Source: an uncultured Candidatus Saccharibacteria bacterium (GTDB lineage: Bacteria > Patescibacteriota > Minisyncoccia > Phycocordibacterales > UBA2100). From it: 64,000 nucleotides of DNA. Positions within the stretch are counted from its first letter, which is position 1, and the number at the start of each line of letters is the position of its first letter. Where the stretch lies: positions 5,739 through 69,738 of the forward strand of contig CAZUVH010000003.1 in NCBI GenBank assembly GCA_964623775.1, given 5' to 3'. The notes under the pieces are model-generated. The model did no database searches. It saw only the letters and a list, made by a program, of their open reading frames with translations, and was not told the origin of the DNA. Below are positions 19,073 through 28,922 of this stretch, one piece after another. A program made the position numbers and the translations under genes.

Positions 19073-19948
19073 ATGTTTAAGGAGGGGGCACTCGACACGA
19101 GAACGTCGGTTCTCATTGGCGGAGTTTTGGCTACTTCTGTATTTCTTGCGAATCCTAGTGTCTACAAAATCGGTACTACTCTTCCAAATTTCCATTTCTC
19201 GACCACCGCGTCGCACGAGAGCGCTGTCACGGTGCAGCTCGGGCCCTCGACGCTTCAAATCTCAGTCCCAGCTCCTCATGTATCGCAATCTCAAGTTGCA
19301 TCTGTCGCACTTCCAGCAGATGGGCCAATCATTTATGATCCTGCGTCTGCGTCGATTACAATGGCAACTCCGCAGCTGATCGAGACGACAATCGTTGGGG
19401 CATCCATGCAGAGCGCTTCGGACGTCGCCCCTATTTCAGCCAGCGTCGCAACTCCTGCGATCTCCGAGACAATCGCTCCGGCCGTACCCGAGACTCCTGT
19501 GCCGGCAATTTCAGTACCAGTCCCGATCGAATCGGTGCAGGTACAAGCGCCAGTTCAAGAAAGTGCCACGCCATCGGTACCAGCAGATACAGTAATCGAA
19601 AATACCGCAGTAGAAAGTGCCGTGTCCGCTCCTGCAGCCGCTGAACCGGTTGTTACCCCTGTCGCAGAATCTGTCCAAGAAGTAGAAACGCCCGCCGTGA
19701 CAACCCCTGTTGAAGAAATTCCAACCGCATCGGAGACTCCCGTAGAGGCACCAGCAGCTATTCCAGTACTTCCAGTCGAAGAATGCCACCCGAGCTATAT
19801 CCCGTGTTTGCGCATTGATGCGAGTGATTATGATTGCGAAGGAGGTACAGGAAACGGCCCATACTACACAGGTAAGGTGCAGGTAATCGGTCCCGACGTG
19901 TTCGGGCTTGATAAAAATGGCGACGGGTGGGGATGCGAGGCGAGCTAA
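19073..19948 (+). CDS. secreted/anchored protein with a Pro/Ala/Val/Glu-rich linker and a C-terminal Excalibur (extracellular Ca-binding) domain
   Basis: C-terminal …CLRIDASDYDCEGGTGNGPYYTGKVQVIGPDVFGLDKNGDGWGCE contains the DxDxDGxxCE Excalibur signature. N-terminal hydrophobic anchor. Confidence 0.6.
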   Translation: MFKEGALDTRTSVLIGGVLATSVFLANPSVYKIGTTLPNFHFSTTASHESAVTVQLGPSTLQISVPAPHVSQSQVASVALPADGPIIYDPASASITMATPQLIETTIVGASMQSASDVAPISASVATPAISETIAPAVPETPVPAISVPVPIESVQVQAPVQESATPSVPADTVIENTAVESAVSAPAAAEPVVTPVAESVQEVETPAVTTPVEEIPTASETPVEAPAAIPVLPVEECHPSYIPCLRIDASDYDCEGGTGNGPYYTGKVQVIGPDVFGLDKNGDGWGCEAS

Positions 19949-20697
19949 GAATTACAAATCTTCAGTAGCTCATCAAGGACGACGGATGTATCGGCGGGGC
20001 CCGTCACCATACGTGTCTTTACGCCGGTAGGGATCACGACGTAATCGTTGCCGCCCGGATAGAGCGCGTCACCGACGTAGAGCATCTCACCCGGTGCACA
20101 ATCGAATTTTTTTGCCATCCATTCCACGCCGTACGCTTTGTTGATGCCTTTGCGCGTGATGTCGATCGTTGTCATGCCACCGATCAAGACCTCGAATTCG
20201 GGCAGCTGCTTCTCGAGCATTTTTTTTAGCTTCGTCCGCTTGGTCTGGTCTGGATCCCATGCCTTTTTCTGCTCGAGCGGCGCATCGAGCCCGATAGCCG
20301 CGAAGGCGATCTGTGCCTCGCGATCGATAATGCGCCATTTGTACGCAGAATCTTCGCTCACGATGCTTTTTGCGTCTTTTTGGATCGCATCGGCGATCTG
20401 TAGGCGCTCCTCGTGTGTCAGGGCAAAGGTGTAGCCTCTTTGCCACGATTCTCCGTCCCAGGAGTAGCACTCGGCGGCGCTGTTGGGGAATACGTAGAAT
20501 CGCCATACGTTCTTCGATTTTTCTATTTCCGGCAGTATTTGCTCCTGCACACGCGCAAAACCGGCCGCGGTGATGATCGCGCACGGCATATAGTCGAGGA
20601 GGCGTCGTAATTTATCGAGCGTTTCCGGTTTTGGAGGTCGAAAACTCTCGGCAAGAGTATCATCGAGATCGAAGAGGGCGGCTTTCGGACAATTCAT
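19945..20697 (-). CDS. HAD-superfamily hydrolase, subfamily IIB-like (phosphomannomutase / sugar-phosphatase-like)
   Basis: N-terminal FDLDDTL (HAD motif I) and …LYVGDALYPGGNDY… (motif IV). Confidence 0.7.
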   Translation of the reverse strand: MNCPKAALFDLDDTLAESFRPPKPETLDKLRRLLDYMPCAIITAAGFARVQEQILPEIEKSKNVWRFYVFPNSAAECYSWDGESWQRGYTFALTHEERLQIADAIQKDAKSIVSEDSAYKWRIIDREAQIAFAAIGLDAPLEQKKAWDPDQTKRTKLKKMLEKQLPEFEVLIGGMTTIDITRKGINKAYGVEWMAKKFDCAPGEMLYVGDALYPGGNDYVVIPTGVKTRMVTGPADTSVVLDELLKICNS

Positions 20698-20828
20698 ATG
20701 AAAAGAGTACCATAGCGCGACAGAAATCCACTGTTTTTGTCAAACTATCATGCGTGGTGCGCGGAAATTGAGTGCTAAAATAATGTAGGGCTAACTCTGC
20801 CCCTACTTTTGATACGCACACTCACAGC

Positions 20829-22049
20829 ATGAAGACACGGATTTTGATGTTTGGTTGGGAATTTCCGCCGTTCCATAGCGGGGGTTTGGGTGTCGCCTGT
20901 CTCGGGCTTACGCGATCACTTTCCCGATTGGGGACGGAGGTGATTTTCGTCATGCCCAAGAAGCTCGATGTGCGATCTCCGTACGCCAAGATCGTCTTTG
21001 CCGACCGCGGTATCAAGGTAGTGACCCATGCAATCAATTCTCTGATTACCCCATACGTCACCGCCAAATCGTATTTGAAAAATCGCAGTGCTGCCGAGGC
21101 AATCTATGGCAAGGATCTCTACAGTGAGGTCATGCGCTATGCCGCGATGGGCGGCGTCATCGCCGAGGAAGAGGAATTTGATGTCATTTATGCACACGAC
21201 TGGCTCTCTTTTGGCGCTGGAATGGAAGCGAAGAAGGCGACTGGTAAGCCGCTCATCGTACATGTGCATGCTACTGAATTCGACCGCTGCGGCGGTGCCT
21301 GGGGGGTCAATCACGATGTATATGAGGTGGAAAAAGCGGGCATGGAAGCAGCCGATGTCGTGATCGCGGTATCGGAACTGACAAAAAATATCTTGGTCCA
21401 AAACTACGGAATTCCAGCGAGTAAAATTCGCGTTGTCTACAACGGTATCGACGAAACGACAGCCACTACGGAGGGGCAGGGCTTACCGCGACTGCGCCAG
21501 CTGAAAAATGCCGGCTTCAAACTCGTCTTGTTCCTCGGGCGTGTCACACTTCAGAAGGGTCCGGATTATTTCATTCGTGCCGCAAAGCGGGTGCTCGAAG
21601 TGAATCCCAAAGTCTTCTTTATCCTCTCCGGATCCGGTGATATGGAAAAAAGTGTGATGGAGCTCGCGGCACGCCTTGGCGTCTCCGATCGGATGTTCTT
21701 CACGGGGCATCTCGAGGGTGCAGAGAAACACGAGGTCTATAGGGTTGCCGATCTTTTCGTGATGCCCTCCGTCTCCGAGCCTTTTGGCATCACCCCGCTT
21801 GAGGCAATGAAGATTGGTACGCCTGTGCTCATCTCAAAACAATCTGGCGTATCGGAAGTCGTGAAAAATGCGCTCAAGGCTGATTTCTGGGACATCGATG
21901 ATATGGCCAACAAAATCCTCTCGGTCGTAAAATATCCAGGACTCGGTAGTGCGCTTTCTGAAAATGGCGCAGTGGAGGCCAATAAGCTCACGTGGAATCA
22001 GGCCGCCGAAAAGGTAGATAGTATCGTACAGACACTCGTGAAGACATAG
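20829..22049 (+). CDS. glycosyltransferase family 4 (glycogen/alpha-glucan synthase-like)
   Basis: 406 aa. N-terminal …FGWEFPPFHSGGLGVACLGL… and C-terminal GT-B Rossmann region (…FLGRVTLQKGPDYF…FVMPSVSEPFGITPLEAM…). Confidence 0.8.
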   Translation: MKTRILMFGWEFPPFHSGGLGVACLGLTRSLSRLGTEVIFVMPKKLDVRSPYAKIVFADRGIKVVTHAINSLITPYVTAKSYLKNRSAAEAIYGKDLYSEVMRYAAMGGVIAEEEEFDVIYAHDWLSFGAGMEAKKATGKPLIVHVHATEFDRCGGAWGVNHDVYEVEKAGMEAADVVIAVSELTKNILVQNYGIPASKIRVVYNGIDETTATTEGQGLPRLRQLKNAGFKLVLFLGRVTLQKGPDYFIRAAKRVLEVNPKVFFILSGSGDMEKSVMELAARLGVSDRMFFTGHLEGAEKHEVYRVADLFVMPSVSEPFGITPLEAMKIGTPVLISKQSGVSEVVKNALKADFWDIDDMANKILSVVKYPGLGSALSENGAVEANKLTWNQAAEKVDSIVQTLVKT

Positions 22050-22134
22050 AGGACTTTATCCACGTAATTGCTGAAGGAGGAAGTGTAAACATGCACTAGA
22101 ATAGAGGTACGTCGCAGTGCGGCGTTTTTCTGCC

Positions 22135-23355
22135 ATGAAATCGATCTGCTTTTATTTTCAAGTTCACCAACCGTATCGCGTCAAGCATTATCGTGTCTTT
22201 GATATCGGCAATGACCCCGAGTATTTCAATGACCGCGGCGAGCGCGATGTAAATAATAGACGCGTCATCGAGAAGGTGGCGCGCAAATCATACATTCCTG
22301 CGACCAAGCTCATTCTCCACCTTCTCAAAAAGCATCCAAGTTTCCGGGTCTCGTATTCATTTTCGGGTGTTGCTCTTGAACAAATGGAACAATACGTACC
22401 GGAAGTCATCGACCTTTTCAGGCAGGTGATCCAGACAGGGCAGGCAGAAGTCTTGGGCGAGACATACTACCATTCGCTCGCATTTTTCTATTCACCGGCA
22501 GAATTCGAGCGACAGGTCGCAAAGCATCGTGAAGTTGTTCGCAGGCTTTTTGGTGTGTGGCCACGCGTCTTCCGCAACACCGAGCTCTCGTACCGAAACG
22601 ATCTTGGCACTTGGGCCGATCAAAACGGCTACGCGGGTGTAATTGCGGAAGGTTGGGATCCGATACTTGGCTGGCGCAGTCCAAATTATGTCTACAAGCC
22701 AAAAGGCGCACAAAACGCGCGCCTCCTTCTCAAGAATTACAAGCTCTCCGATGACGTCGCGTTCCGCTTTTCCTCGAAGCAGTGGACGGAGTGGCCGCTC
22801 ACGACAGAAAAGTACGGCCAATGGCTCGGCGAAGCGGAGGGTGACACGGTGAATCTTTTTATGGACTACGAGACCTTCGGCGAACACCAGTGGGAAGACA
22901 CCGGCATTTTTCATTTCTTGGAGAAATTGCCTGAAGAAATGGCAAAAAATCCGGGGATCGATTTCAAGACACCTTCTGAAGTCATTGCAAACTACGATCC
23001 GCGCGATGAGGTGGACATCCCGCACATTCTCACGTGGGCAGATACCGACCGTGATCTCACTGCCTGGGTAGGGAATCCGATGCAAAATGCCGCGATTGAA
23101 AATATTTATGCGATGGAGAATGACATTCATCTTGTAAACGACGCGAAGCTCATGGAGGATTGGCGCAAATTGCAGACTTCCGACCACTTCTACTACATGT
23201 GTACGAAATGGTCCAACGACGGCGATGTCCACGCCTATTTCTCACCGTACGAATCTCCGTACGAAGCCTACATTGCTTACATGAACGCGCTCACGGACCT
23301 CAGATTGCGCGTCAACAAACGCCTTCCCGCTCCAGTACAGGTCGGGCAGGGCTGA
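22135..23355 (+). CDS. glycoside hydrolase family 57 (alpha-amylase / 4-alpha-glucanotransferase-like)
   Basis: N-terminal …ICFYFQVHQPYR (GH57 HQP motif); …GVWPRVFRNTELSY… (GxWxxE nucleophile region); 3' neighbour of GT4 as in archaeal and CPR glucan clusters. Confidence 0.8.
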   Translation: MKSICFYFQVHQPYRVKHYRVFDIGNDPEYFNDRGERDVNNRRVIEKVARKSYIPATKLILHLLKKHPSFRVSYSFSGVALEQMEQYVPEVIDLFRQVIQTGQAEVLGETYYHSLAFFYSPAEFERQVAKHREVVRRLFGVWPRVFRNTELSYRNDLGTWADQNGYAGVIAEGWDPILGWRSPNYVYKPKGAQNARLLLKNYKLSDDVAFRFSSKQWTEWPLTTEKYGQWLGEAEGDTVNLFMDYETFGEHQWEDTGIFHFLEKLPEEMAKNPGIDFKTPSEVIANYDPRDEVDIPHILTWADTDRDLTAWVGNPMQNAAIENIYAMENDIHLVNDAKLMEDWRKLQTSDHFYYMCTKWSNDGDVHAYFSPYESPYEAYIAYMNALTDLRLRVNKRLPAPVQVGQG

Positions 23356-23358
23356 TCT

Positions 23359-25344
23359 ATGTCACGTTCGATTGTTTTATCCAACGGCGAGCTCTGCGTC
23401 GCACTCGATCACCGCGCGGAAGTACGCGACATCTACTACCCGCACGTCGGATTGGAGGATCATGTGCGCGGTCACTACCTTCACCGCGTAGGAGTGTGGG
23501 TCGACGGCCGCATGTCGTGGTTTGACGAAGACAATGGATGGGAGATCAGCATTTCATGCAGCGACGAATCGCTCGAGAGTCGAATAGTGGCAAAACATCA
23601 GGGCATCGAGGTCGAACTCAATTTCAAAGACACTGTCTACAACGAACGCCCTGTATTTTTTAGGCAGATCACCGTAAAAAACAATGCGAATCGCGCGAGA
23701 GAGATCAAATTATACTTTGGTCATCAATTCGAGATCTATAAGTCACACGGCTCAGATACGGCGTACTACGACCCCGCGTCGCATTCGATGATTCATTACA
23801 AGGGAAGACGTGTCTTTGTCATCGGAGCAGTACTCGATGGTGAGTCGTTCAATGACTACACCGCCGGGCGCGCCAATTTTCAGGGTCACGAAGGGTCGCA
23901 TAGGGATGCGAGCGACGGTTCGCTCACGAAAAACCCAATCGAACACGGGCCGGCGGATTCGGCGATCGGCCTCTACGCCCAATATGAGTCGGGGCAGACG
24001 CGTACGTGTCACTACTGGATAGCTGCCGGACTTTCTATTCCAGAAGCGCAGGAGCTCAATCAGTACGTCATCAAGAAGACGCCGCAACATCTCGTGCAAA
24101 GCACCGCAGATTACTGGAAGGCGTGGGTCAATGCGTATCAGTGGGTTTTCACCGGGCTTCAGCCAGAGCATGTCGCGCTTTTTAAGCACTCACTCATGTA
24201 CGTACGCGCACATGTCGACAAAGAGGGTGGGGTGCTCGCCAGCCTCGATTCCGATATGTTGCAGCACGGCCTCGATACATACACGTACGTATGGCCGCGC
24301 GACGGTGCGTACGTCGCACTCGCACTCGATCTGGCGGGCGATGCCAATGTGTCGAAGCGCTTTTTCGAATTCTGCAATTCTGTCATTTCCAGCGATGGTT
24401 ATTTCATGCACAAATATCTTCCCGATAAATCACTCGGGAGTTCCTGGCATCCATGGGTAAAAGACGGCCAGATGCAGCTCCCGATCCAAGAGGACGAGAC
24501 GGCACTCGTCATTTATGCGCTCAGGCACCACTACGAGCACAGTCGCGATCTGGAATTTCTTGAGCAAATGTACAATCTACTCATTGAAAAAGCCGGCGAT
24601 TTTCTAGTGCATTATCGTGAACCAGACACAAAGCTCCCGAGACCTTCATATGATCTGTGGGAGGAAAAACGCGGCTGCTCGACCTATACGGCTGCATGCT
24701 GCTTTGGTGCCCTGACTGCCGCAGCAGATGTCGCGAAGATTCTCGGGAAAAGCGCCAACGAGACGCAGTTTCGTGATGCGGCACACGAGATTCAGGAAGC
24801 AATATTGAAGTACCTTTGGGATGAGAAAGAGGGGATTTTCGTAAAAATGGTCAACCGCAAGGGGCAGGAATTTATATACGACAAGACCGTGGATATTTCG
24901 AGCGTGTACGGCATCTTCGCTTTTGGGGTCTTGCCGCCCAACGACCCGCGACTTGCGCGTGCCTTCGATACGACGGTGCGCAAATTGAGCTACGGAATCT
25001 CGATCGGAGGCCTCGCGCGCTACGAAGGCGATGTATACTACAAGACCAATAAAGATGCAGCGGGGAATCCGTGGATCATAACGACACTCTGGTACGCAGA
25101 ATACCTGATCGCGAATGCGCACACCGAAGCGGATTTTGATCGCGTGCGAGAGATTTTCAGCTGGGTCGCGCGCCGCGCACTGCCTTCGGGAGTCCTCTCC
25201 GAACAAGTGCATCCGCAAACAGGCGTGCAACTCTCGGCGGCACCGCTCGCATGGAGTCATGCGGGGTACGTCTCGGCAGTCCTCAAATACCTCAACCGTC
25301 TTCAAGAGCTCGGCATAGGCACTGCCCTCAATCCAGCGCCGTAG
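23359..25344 (+). CDS. glycoside hydrolase family 15 (glucoamylase / glucodextranase-like)
   Basis: 661 aa with N-terminal beta-domain and (alpha/alpha)6 catalytic part; …PSYDLWEEKRGCSTYT… carries the GH15 catalytic DLWEE motif. Confidence 0.75.
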   Translation: MSRSIVLSNGELCVALDHRAEVRDIYYPHVGLEDHVRGHYLHRVGVWVDGRMSWFDEDNGWEISISCSDESLESRIVAKHQGIEVELNFKDTVYNERPVFFRQITVKNNANRAREIKLYFGHQFEIYKSHGSDTAYYDPASHSMIHYKGRRVFVIGAVLDGESFNDYTAGRANFQGHEGSHRDASDGSLTKNPIEHGPADSAIGLYAQYESGQTRTCHYWIAAGLSIPEAQELNQYVIKKTPQHLVQSTADYWKAWVNAYQWVFTGLQPEHVALFKHSLMYVRAHVDKEGGVLASLDSDMLQHGLDTYTYVWPRDGAYVALALDLAGDANVSKRFFEFCNSVISSDGYFMHKYLPDKSLGSSWHPWVKDGQMQLPIQEDETALVIYALRHHYEHSRDLEFLEQMYNLLIEKAGDFLVHYREPDTKLPRPSYDLWEEKRGCSTYTAACCFGALTAAADVAKILGKSANETQFRDAAHEIQEAILKYLWDEKEGIFVKMVNRKGQEFIYDKTVDISSVYGIFAFGVLPPNDPRLARAFDTTVRKLSYGISIGGLARYEGDVYYKTNKDAAGNPWIITTLWYAEYLIANAHTEADFDRVREIFSWVARRALPSGVLSEQVHPQTGVQLSAAPLAWSHAGYVSAVLKYLNRLQELGIGTALNPAP

Positions 25345-25467
25345 ACTGCCCCAGGACTCACCGTGTTCTAAATATGGCCCTAAACAAGGATTTTCTGAGC
25401 ATTGACTATACTACTAATTAATAGTATAATTGCACAAGTACATTCAACCGCTGCCTTGGAGGGCACG

Positions 25468-25911
25468 ATGACGATGTTTATTTCTTTCTCTAGACTCCCG
25501 GCGAACATATCTGTCGAGCACTATGCGGACATCCTCAGGCTTCTCACCGCACTCTACGGCAAGCTCGCGACGGTCCCGACAAAAGAGCAGGTCGAACAGA
25601 CTGCGGCGACTCACTTCGTCGCGATCGCGAAGGGTGACTTGCGGGGCGATATTGTCGGTATGGCCACGCTCGTTTTGAACCGGCAATTTGCCAAGGTGAT
25701 GGCGGTCGCAGAAGACGTCGTTGTCATGCCGGAGTTTCGAGGTCGCGGCGTCGGCAAGAGTCTTATGCAGATGATCGAATGCGCGGCTTCCAACGAGGGC
25801 GCGAAGACGGTCGATCTCGTGACGGATCTGGAGCGTCGTGCCGCCTGCGCTCTGTACGAAAAAAACGGCTACGTGAAGCGCGACAAGATCAACTACCGCA
25901 AGACCATCTGA
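25468..25911 (+). CDS. GNAT-family N-acetyltransferase
   Basis: …VVMPEFRGRGVGKSLMQMIE…LYEKNGY… (acetyl-CoA binding motif A, Q/RxxGxG/A). Confidence 0.7.
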   Translation: MTMFISFSRLPANISVEHYADILRLLTALYGKLATVPTKEQVEQTAATHFVAIAKGDLRGDIVGMATLVLNRQFAKVMAVAEDVVVMPEFRGRGVGKSLMQMIECAASNEGAKTVDLVTDLERRAACALYEKNGYVKRDKINYRKTI

Positions 25912-25920
25912 AGTCCTTTA

Positions 25921-25960
25921 GAAGCCTGTACTGGTCCAAACCCAGTCCAGGCTTCTTTTA
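25921..25960 (+). terminator. terminator hairpin gaagcctg…caggcttc plus TTTTATTT
   Basis: Seen directly after the GNAT stop. Confidence 0.5.
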
Positions 25961-25981
25961 TTTGATACAATAAGCTTCATT

Positions 25982-26953
25982 ATGGCAATGGAAGATACGA
26001 TCAGGCGGTTTGGCGAGCAGTTTTCGTGGAAGCCGATCGTGGAGCACAGCGAGTCGCTTCGCGAATACAAATACTACGTCGTCTGCGGTATGGGAGGCTC
26101 TCACCTTGGTGCATGGCTGATCAAGCGATATGGCGAGCACAACAACATTTTCATTCATCGCGGGTACGGGCTACCCGATCTCCCCAAGGATATTCTAGAG
26201 AATGCACTCATTATCCTCAGTTCATATTCCGGCACGACGGAGGAAGTATTGGATGCTGGCAAGACGGCAAAAGACAGAGGCCTTCCGGTCGCTGTGATCA
26301 CGAAGGGCGGCCCGCTTCTCCAGTTCGCAAAGGAGAGCGTCGTTTCGCACGTCGTCATTCCAGATACGGATCTCGAACCCCGCATGGCCATCGGTTTTAC
26401 CATGCTTGGTATCGCCGCGCTCATAAAGAACTCCAAACTTGAAGAGAGTATCCGCGCTGCGGGCGTAGCTACGAATCCGTCGGTCGGCGAGATGGAGGGC
26501 GCGCGTATCGGCGGCTTACTGCAGGGTAAGATCCCACTCATCTATTCATCGGCAGCAAATATCCCGCTTGCATACATCTGGAAAATCAAATTCAACGAGA
26601 CGTCCAAGATCCCGGCGTTTTGCAATTCATTCCCCGAGCTTTGTCACAATGAGCTTTCGGGGTTTGACGTGGCCGACTCGACGAAAGCACTCTCCGCTCA
26701 AATGCACGTGATCTTTTTCGATGACGAAAAAGATACGCAGCGTATCAAAGATCGCATGCGCGTTGCCTCTGAGGTGCTCTCCGAGCATGGCATTCCTGTC
26801 ACGCACGTCGCCCTCACCGCGTGGGGTTTTGAAAAGGCATTCGAAGCTGCGCTTCTTGCGGATTGGGTCTCGCTGCACCTCGCGAAGGGGTATAATGTGC
26901 CCAATCCTCAGACGCCGCTCATTGCGGATTTTAAAAAAAGAATTGGCCAATAA
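25982..26953 (+). CDS. bifunctional phosphoglucose/phosphomannose isomerase (archaeal-type PGI/PMI, SIS domain)
   Basis: 323 aa; …YVVCGMGGSHLGAWL… and …LSSYSGTTEEV… match the PGI/PMI family signature. Confidence 0.7.
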   Translation: MAMEDTIRRFGEQFSWKPIVEHSESLREYKYYVVCGMGGSHLGAWLIKRYGEHNNIFIHRGYGLPDLPKDILENALIILSSYSGTTEEVLDAGKTAKDRGLPVAVITKGGPLLQFAKESVVSHVVIPDTDLEPRMAIGFTMLGIAALIKNSKLEESIRAAGVATNPSVGEMEGARIGGLLQGKIPLIYSSAANIPLAYIWKIKFNETSKIPAFCNSFPELCHNELSGFDVADSTKALSAQMHVIFFDDEKDTQRIKDRMRVASEVLSEHGIPVTHVALTAWGFEKAFEAALLADWVSLHLAKGYNVPNPQTPLIADFKKRIGQ

Positions 26954-26959
26954 AATTGC

Positions 26960-27781
26960 ATGTACATAGTTGCTGACATCGGAGGTACGAAGACGCGGGT
27001 CGCCGCGAGCCATGATCTCGAGAAATTCGACGAGCCTGTCATTGTTGACACAATCCAAGAATACGACAAGGGGATAGCCCAACTCTCGGATGTTATCAGT
27101 CAGGTGGCTGGAGCAGAACACGTAGATGCAATCGCCGTCGCGATGGCGGGAGTGCTCTCGCATGACAAACGTATGGTGAGTGGTGCGCGGCACCTGCCGT
27201 TTTGGAGAAGCCACGACATCGTAGGCGATCTTGAGAAAACGTTTAGCACGGAAGTGCATATGGAAAACGACACTGCGCAGGTAGGCCTCGGTGAAGCGGT
27301 ATACGGCGCGGGGAAGGGCGCTGAGATCGTCGTTTACGTCACCGTCTCTACAGGAGTGAATGGGGTACGGATCGTCGGCGGCAAAATCGAGCCCGCTGCG
27401 CTCGGATTTGAGATCGGCGGACAGTATCTCATCATGGGAGACACTCCTCGGGATCTTGAGGATTTGATCTCTGGTAAGGCGATCAGCGAAAAATATGCCG
27501 TCGCTTCACCGAAGATGATTGCCAAAGATTCTCCTATATGGGAAGAGCTTGCCGAATACTGCGCCTACGGTGTGCACAACACAATCCTGCACTGGTCGCC
27601 GCACCGTGTCGTTCTCGGTGGGTCCATGTTTAATGAGATCGGCATCAAGGTCGATCGCGTGCACCATCACGTACAGCGGCTCATGAACAAACTCCCTGAA
27701 GTGCCGGAAATCGTGCACTCAAGCCTGGGCGACCTCGGTGGCCTCTGGGGCGGCATGGCCATCCTAAAAATACATCGTTAG
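26960..27781 (+). CDS. ROK / BadF-type sugar kinase (glucokinase-like)
   Basis: N-terminal …IVADIGGTKTRVA… ATPase motif of the ASKHA sugar-kinase fold; size 273 aa. Confidence 0.65.
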   Translation: MYIVADIGGTKTRVAASHDLEKFDEPVIVDTIQEYDKGIAQLSDVISQVAGAEHVDAIAVAMAGVLSHDKRMVSGARHLPFWRSHDIVGDLEKTFSTEVHMENDTAQVGLGEAVYGAGKGAEIVVYVTVSTGVNGVRIVGGKIEPAALGFEIGGQYLIMGDTPRDLEDLISGKAISEKYAVASPKMIAKDSPIWEELAEYCAYGVHNTILHWSPHRVVLGGSMFNEIGIKVDRVHHHVQRLMNKLPEVPEIVHSSLGDLGGLWGGMAILKIHR

Positions 27782-27800
27782 CCACTGCGCAGTGCGTATA

Positions 27801-28424
27801 TTACGCACTCGGTAAGTCCTTGGTCTCAGGAACCTCCTTGAAGCGTCGATACATGTCGATAAAAATAGGGATCGAGGTGACGCCAATGATGCCCAATATG
27901 ATGTACGAAAGGTAGTGCTCTACAGCTGGGAATCGTGAGCCGAGGTAATATCCCGCAAAAGTGACCCCCGCTCCCCAAATAACTGCTCCAAGAACATTGT
28001 ATGTAATGAACGTGCGATATTTCATACCCACGACACCGGCTACTATCGGCGCAAAGGTGCGCACAATCGGTATGAAGCGTGCAAGGAATATGGCGCGCGA
28101 GCCGTACTTGTCATAAAAATCCTTCGCTCGCTCGAGATGTTCGTGGCGGAAAAATCGAGAGTTTGGACGGAGGAACAATTTGATACCTATCTTATTGCCA
28201 AACCAGTATCCGGTGTTGTCGCCGAGAATAGCTGCGATGGTCACGCCGGGTATGAGAATCCATGGATTGAAAAAGCCTTGTGAAGCGAGCAGCCCGGCAG
28301 TGAAAAGCATCGAGGCGCCTGGTAGGAAAAAACCGAAGAAAACGCCCGATTCTAGGAAGACGGCCGCAAAAAGGCCCGGGTATCCCACAAACTGAATCAA
28401 TGTCGTCAGAGTGTATTCGGGCAT
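27801..28424 (-). CDS. DedA / VTT-domain membrane protein
   Basis: …YPGLFAAVFLESGVFFGFFLPGASMLFTAG… and …AIFLARFIPIVRTFAPIVAGV… are DedA hallmarks. Confidence 0.8.
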   Translation of the reverse strand: MPEYTLTTLIQFVGYPGLFAAVFLESGVFFGFFLPGASMLFTAGLLASQGFFNPWILIPGVTIAAILGDNTGYWFGNKIGIKLFLRPNSRFFRHEHLERAKDFYDKYGSRAIFLARFIPIVRTFAPIVAGVVGMKYRTFITYNVLGAVIWGAGVTFAGYYLGSRFPAVEHYLSYIILGIIGVTSIPIFIDMYRRFKEVPETKDLPSA

Positions 28425-28459
28425 AGGTCGAGCAATTATACAGTGTTTCGGGAAAAAAG

Positions 28460-28489
28460 AATCCCGCTCCTTCTTGAGAAGGGGCGGGA
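28460..28489 (-). terminator. hairpin aatcccgc(t)cc…gg(g)gcgggatt, followed on the minus strand by CTTTTTTCC
   Basis: Immediately downstream of the NUDIX gene stop. Confidence 0.55.
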
Positions 28490-28891
28490 TTAATCAATCA
28501 GATTTCTCTCTGCAAACCAGGCGAGGATCTCACGGCCCATCGGGGTTGTGCGGTGGCCGTCTGCGCTGGTAAACCAGTCGAGCTCTGCAATCTCGCTCGA
28601 AGCCATCGGTTCACGGTCACCAACTGCGTCAAAGCATATCAATTTGACGTCGATGTCGGGTGCGACTACGGACGGCCCGATAAAAGTATGCCAGTGCCGA
28701 ATGGTCGACGGATCGAGTCTGACGCCTGTCTCTTCAAAAATTTCACGCAAGAGTGCCTGTTCGTCCGTTTCGCCCTTTTCGCGCTTGCCGCCAGGGCAGT
28801 AGAAAAGTTCCTGGCCGTGGGACCGTGCAAACAGAATCTTGCGGTCCCGCACGGGAATCCACGAGAGTTTGTCTATTATTTTTTTCATCAT
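28490..28891 (-). CDS. NUDIX hydrolase
   Basis: Nudix box GGKREKGETDEQALLREIFEETGV. Confidence 0.8.
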   Translation of the reverse strand: MMKKIIDKLSWIPVRDRKILFARSHGQELFYCPGGKREKGETDEQALLREIFEETGVRLDPSTIRHWHTFIGPSVVAPDIDVKLICFDAVGDREPMASSEIAELDWFTSADGHRTTPMGREILAWFAERNLID

Positions 28892-28922
28892 CTCACTCCT
28901 TATCTGCAGACACTATAGCAAA

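Noticed and set aside
24646-25305. 219-aa minus-strand ORF
   Set aside because: Antisense to the GH15 gene (DLWEE motif confirms the plus frame).
26627-27259. 210-aa minus-strand ORF spanning the PGI/PMI-ROK junction
   Set aside because: Antisense to two motif-supported plus-strand genes.
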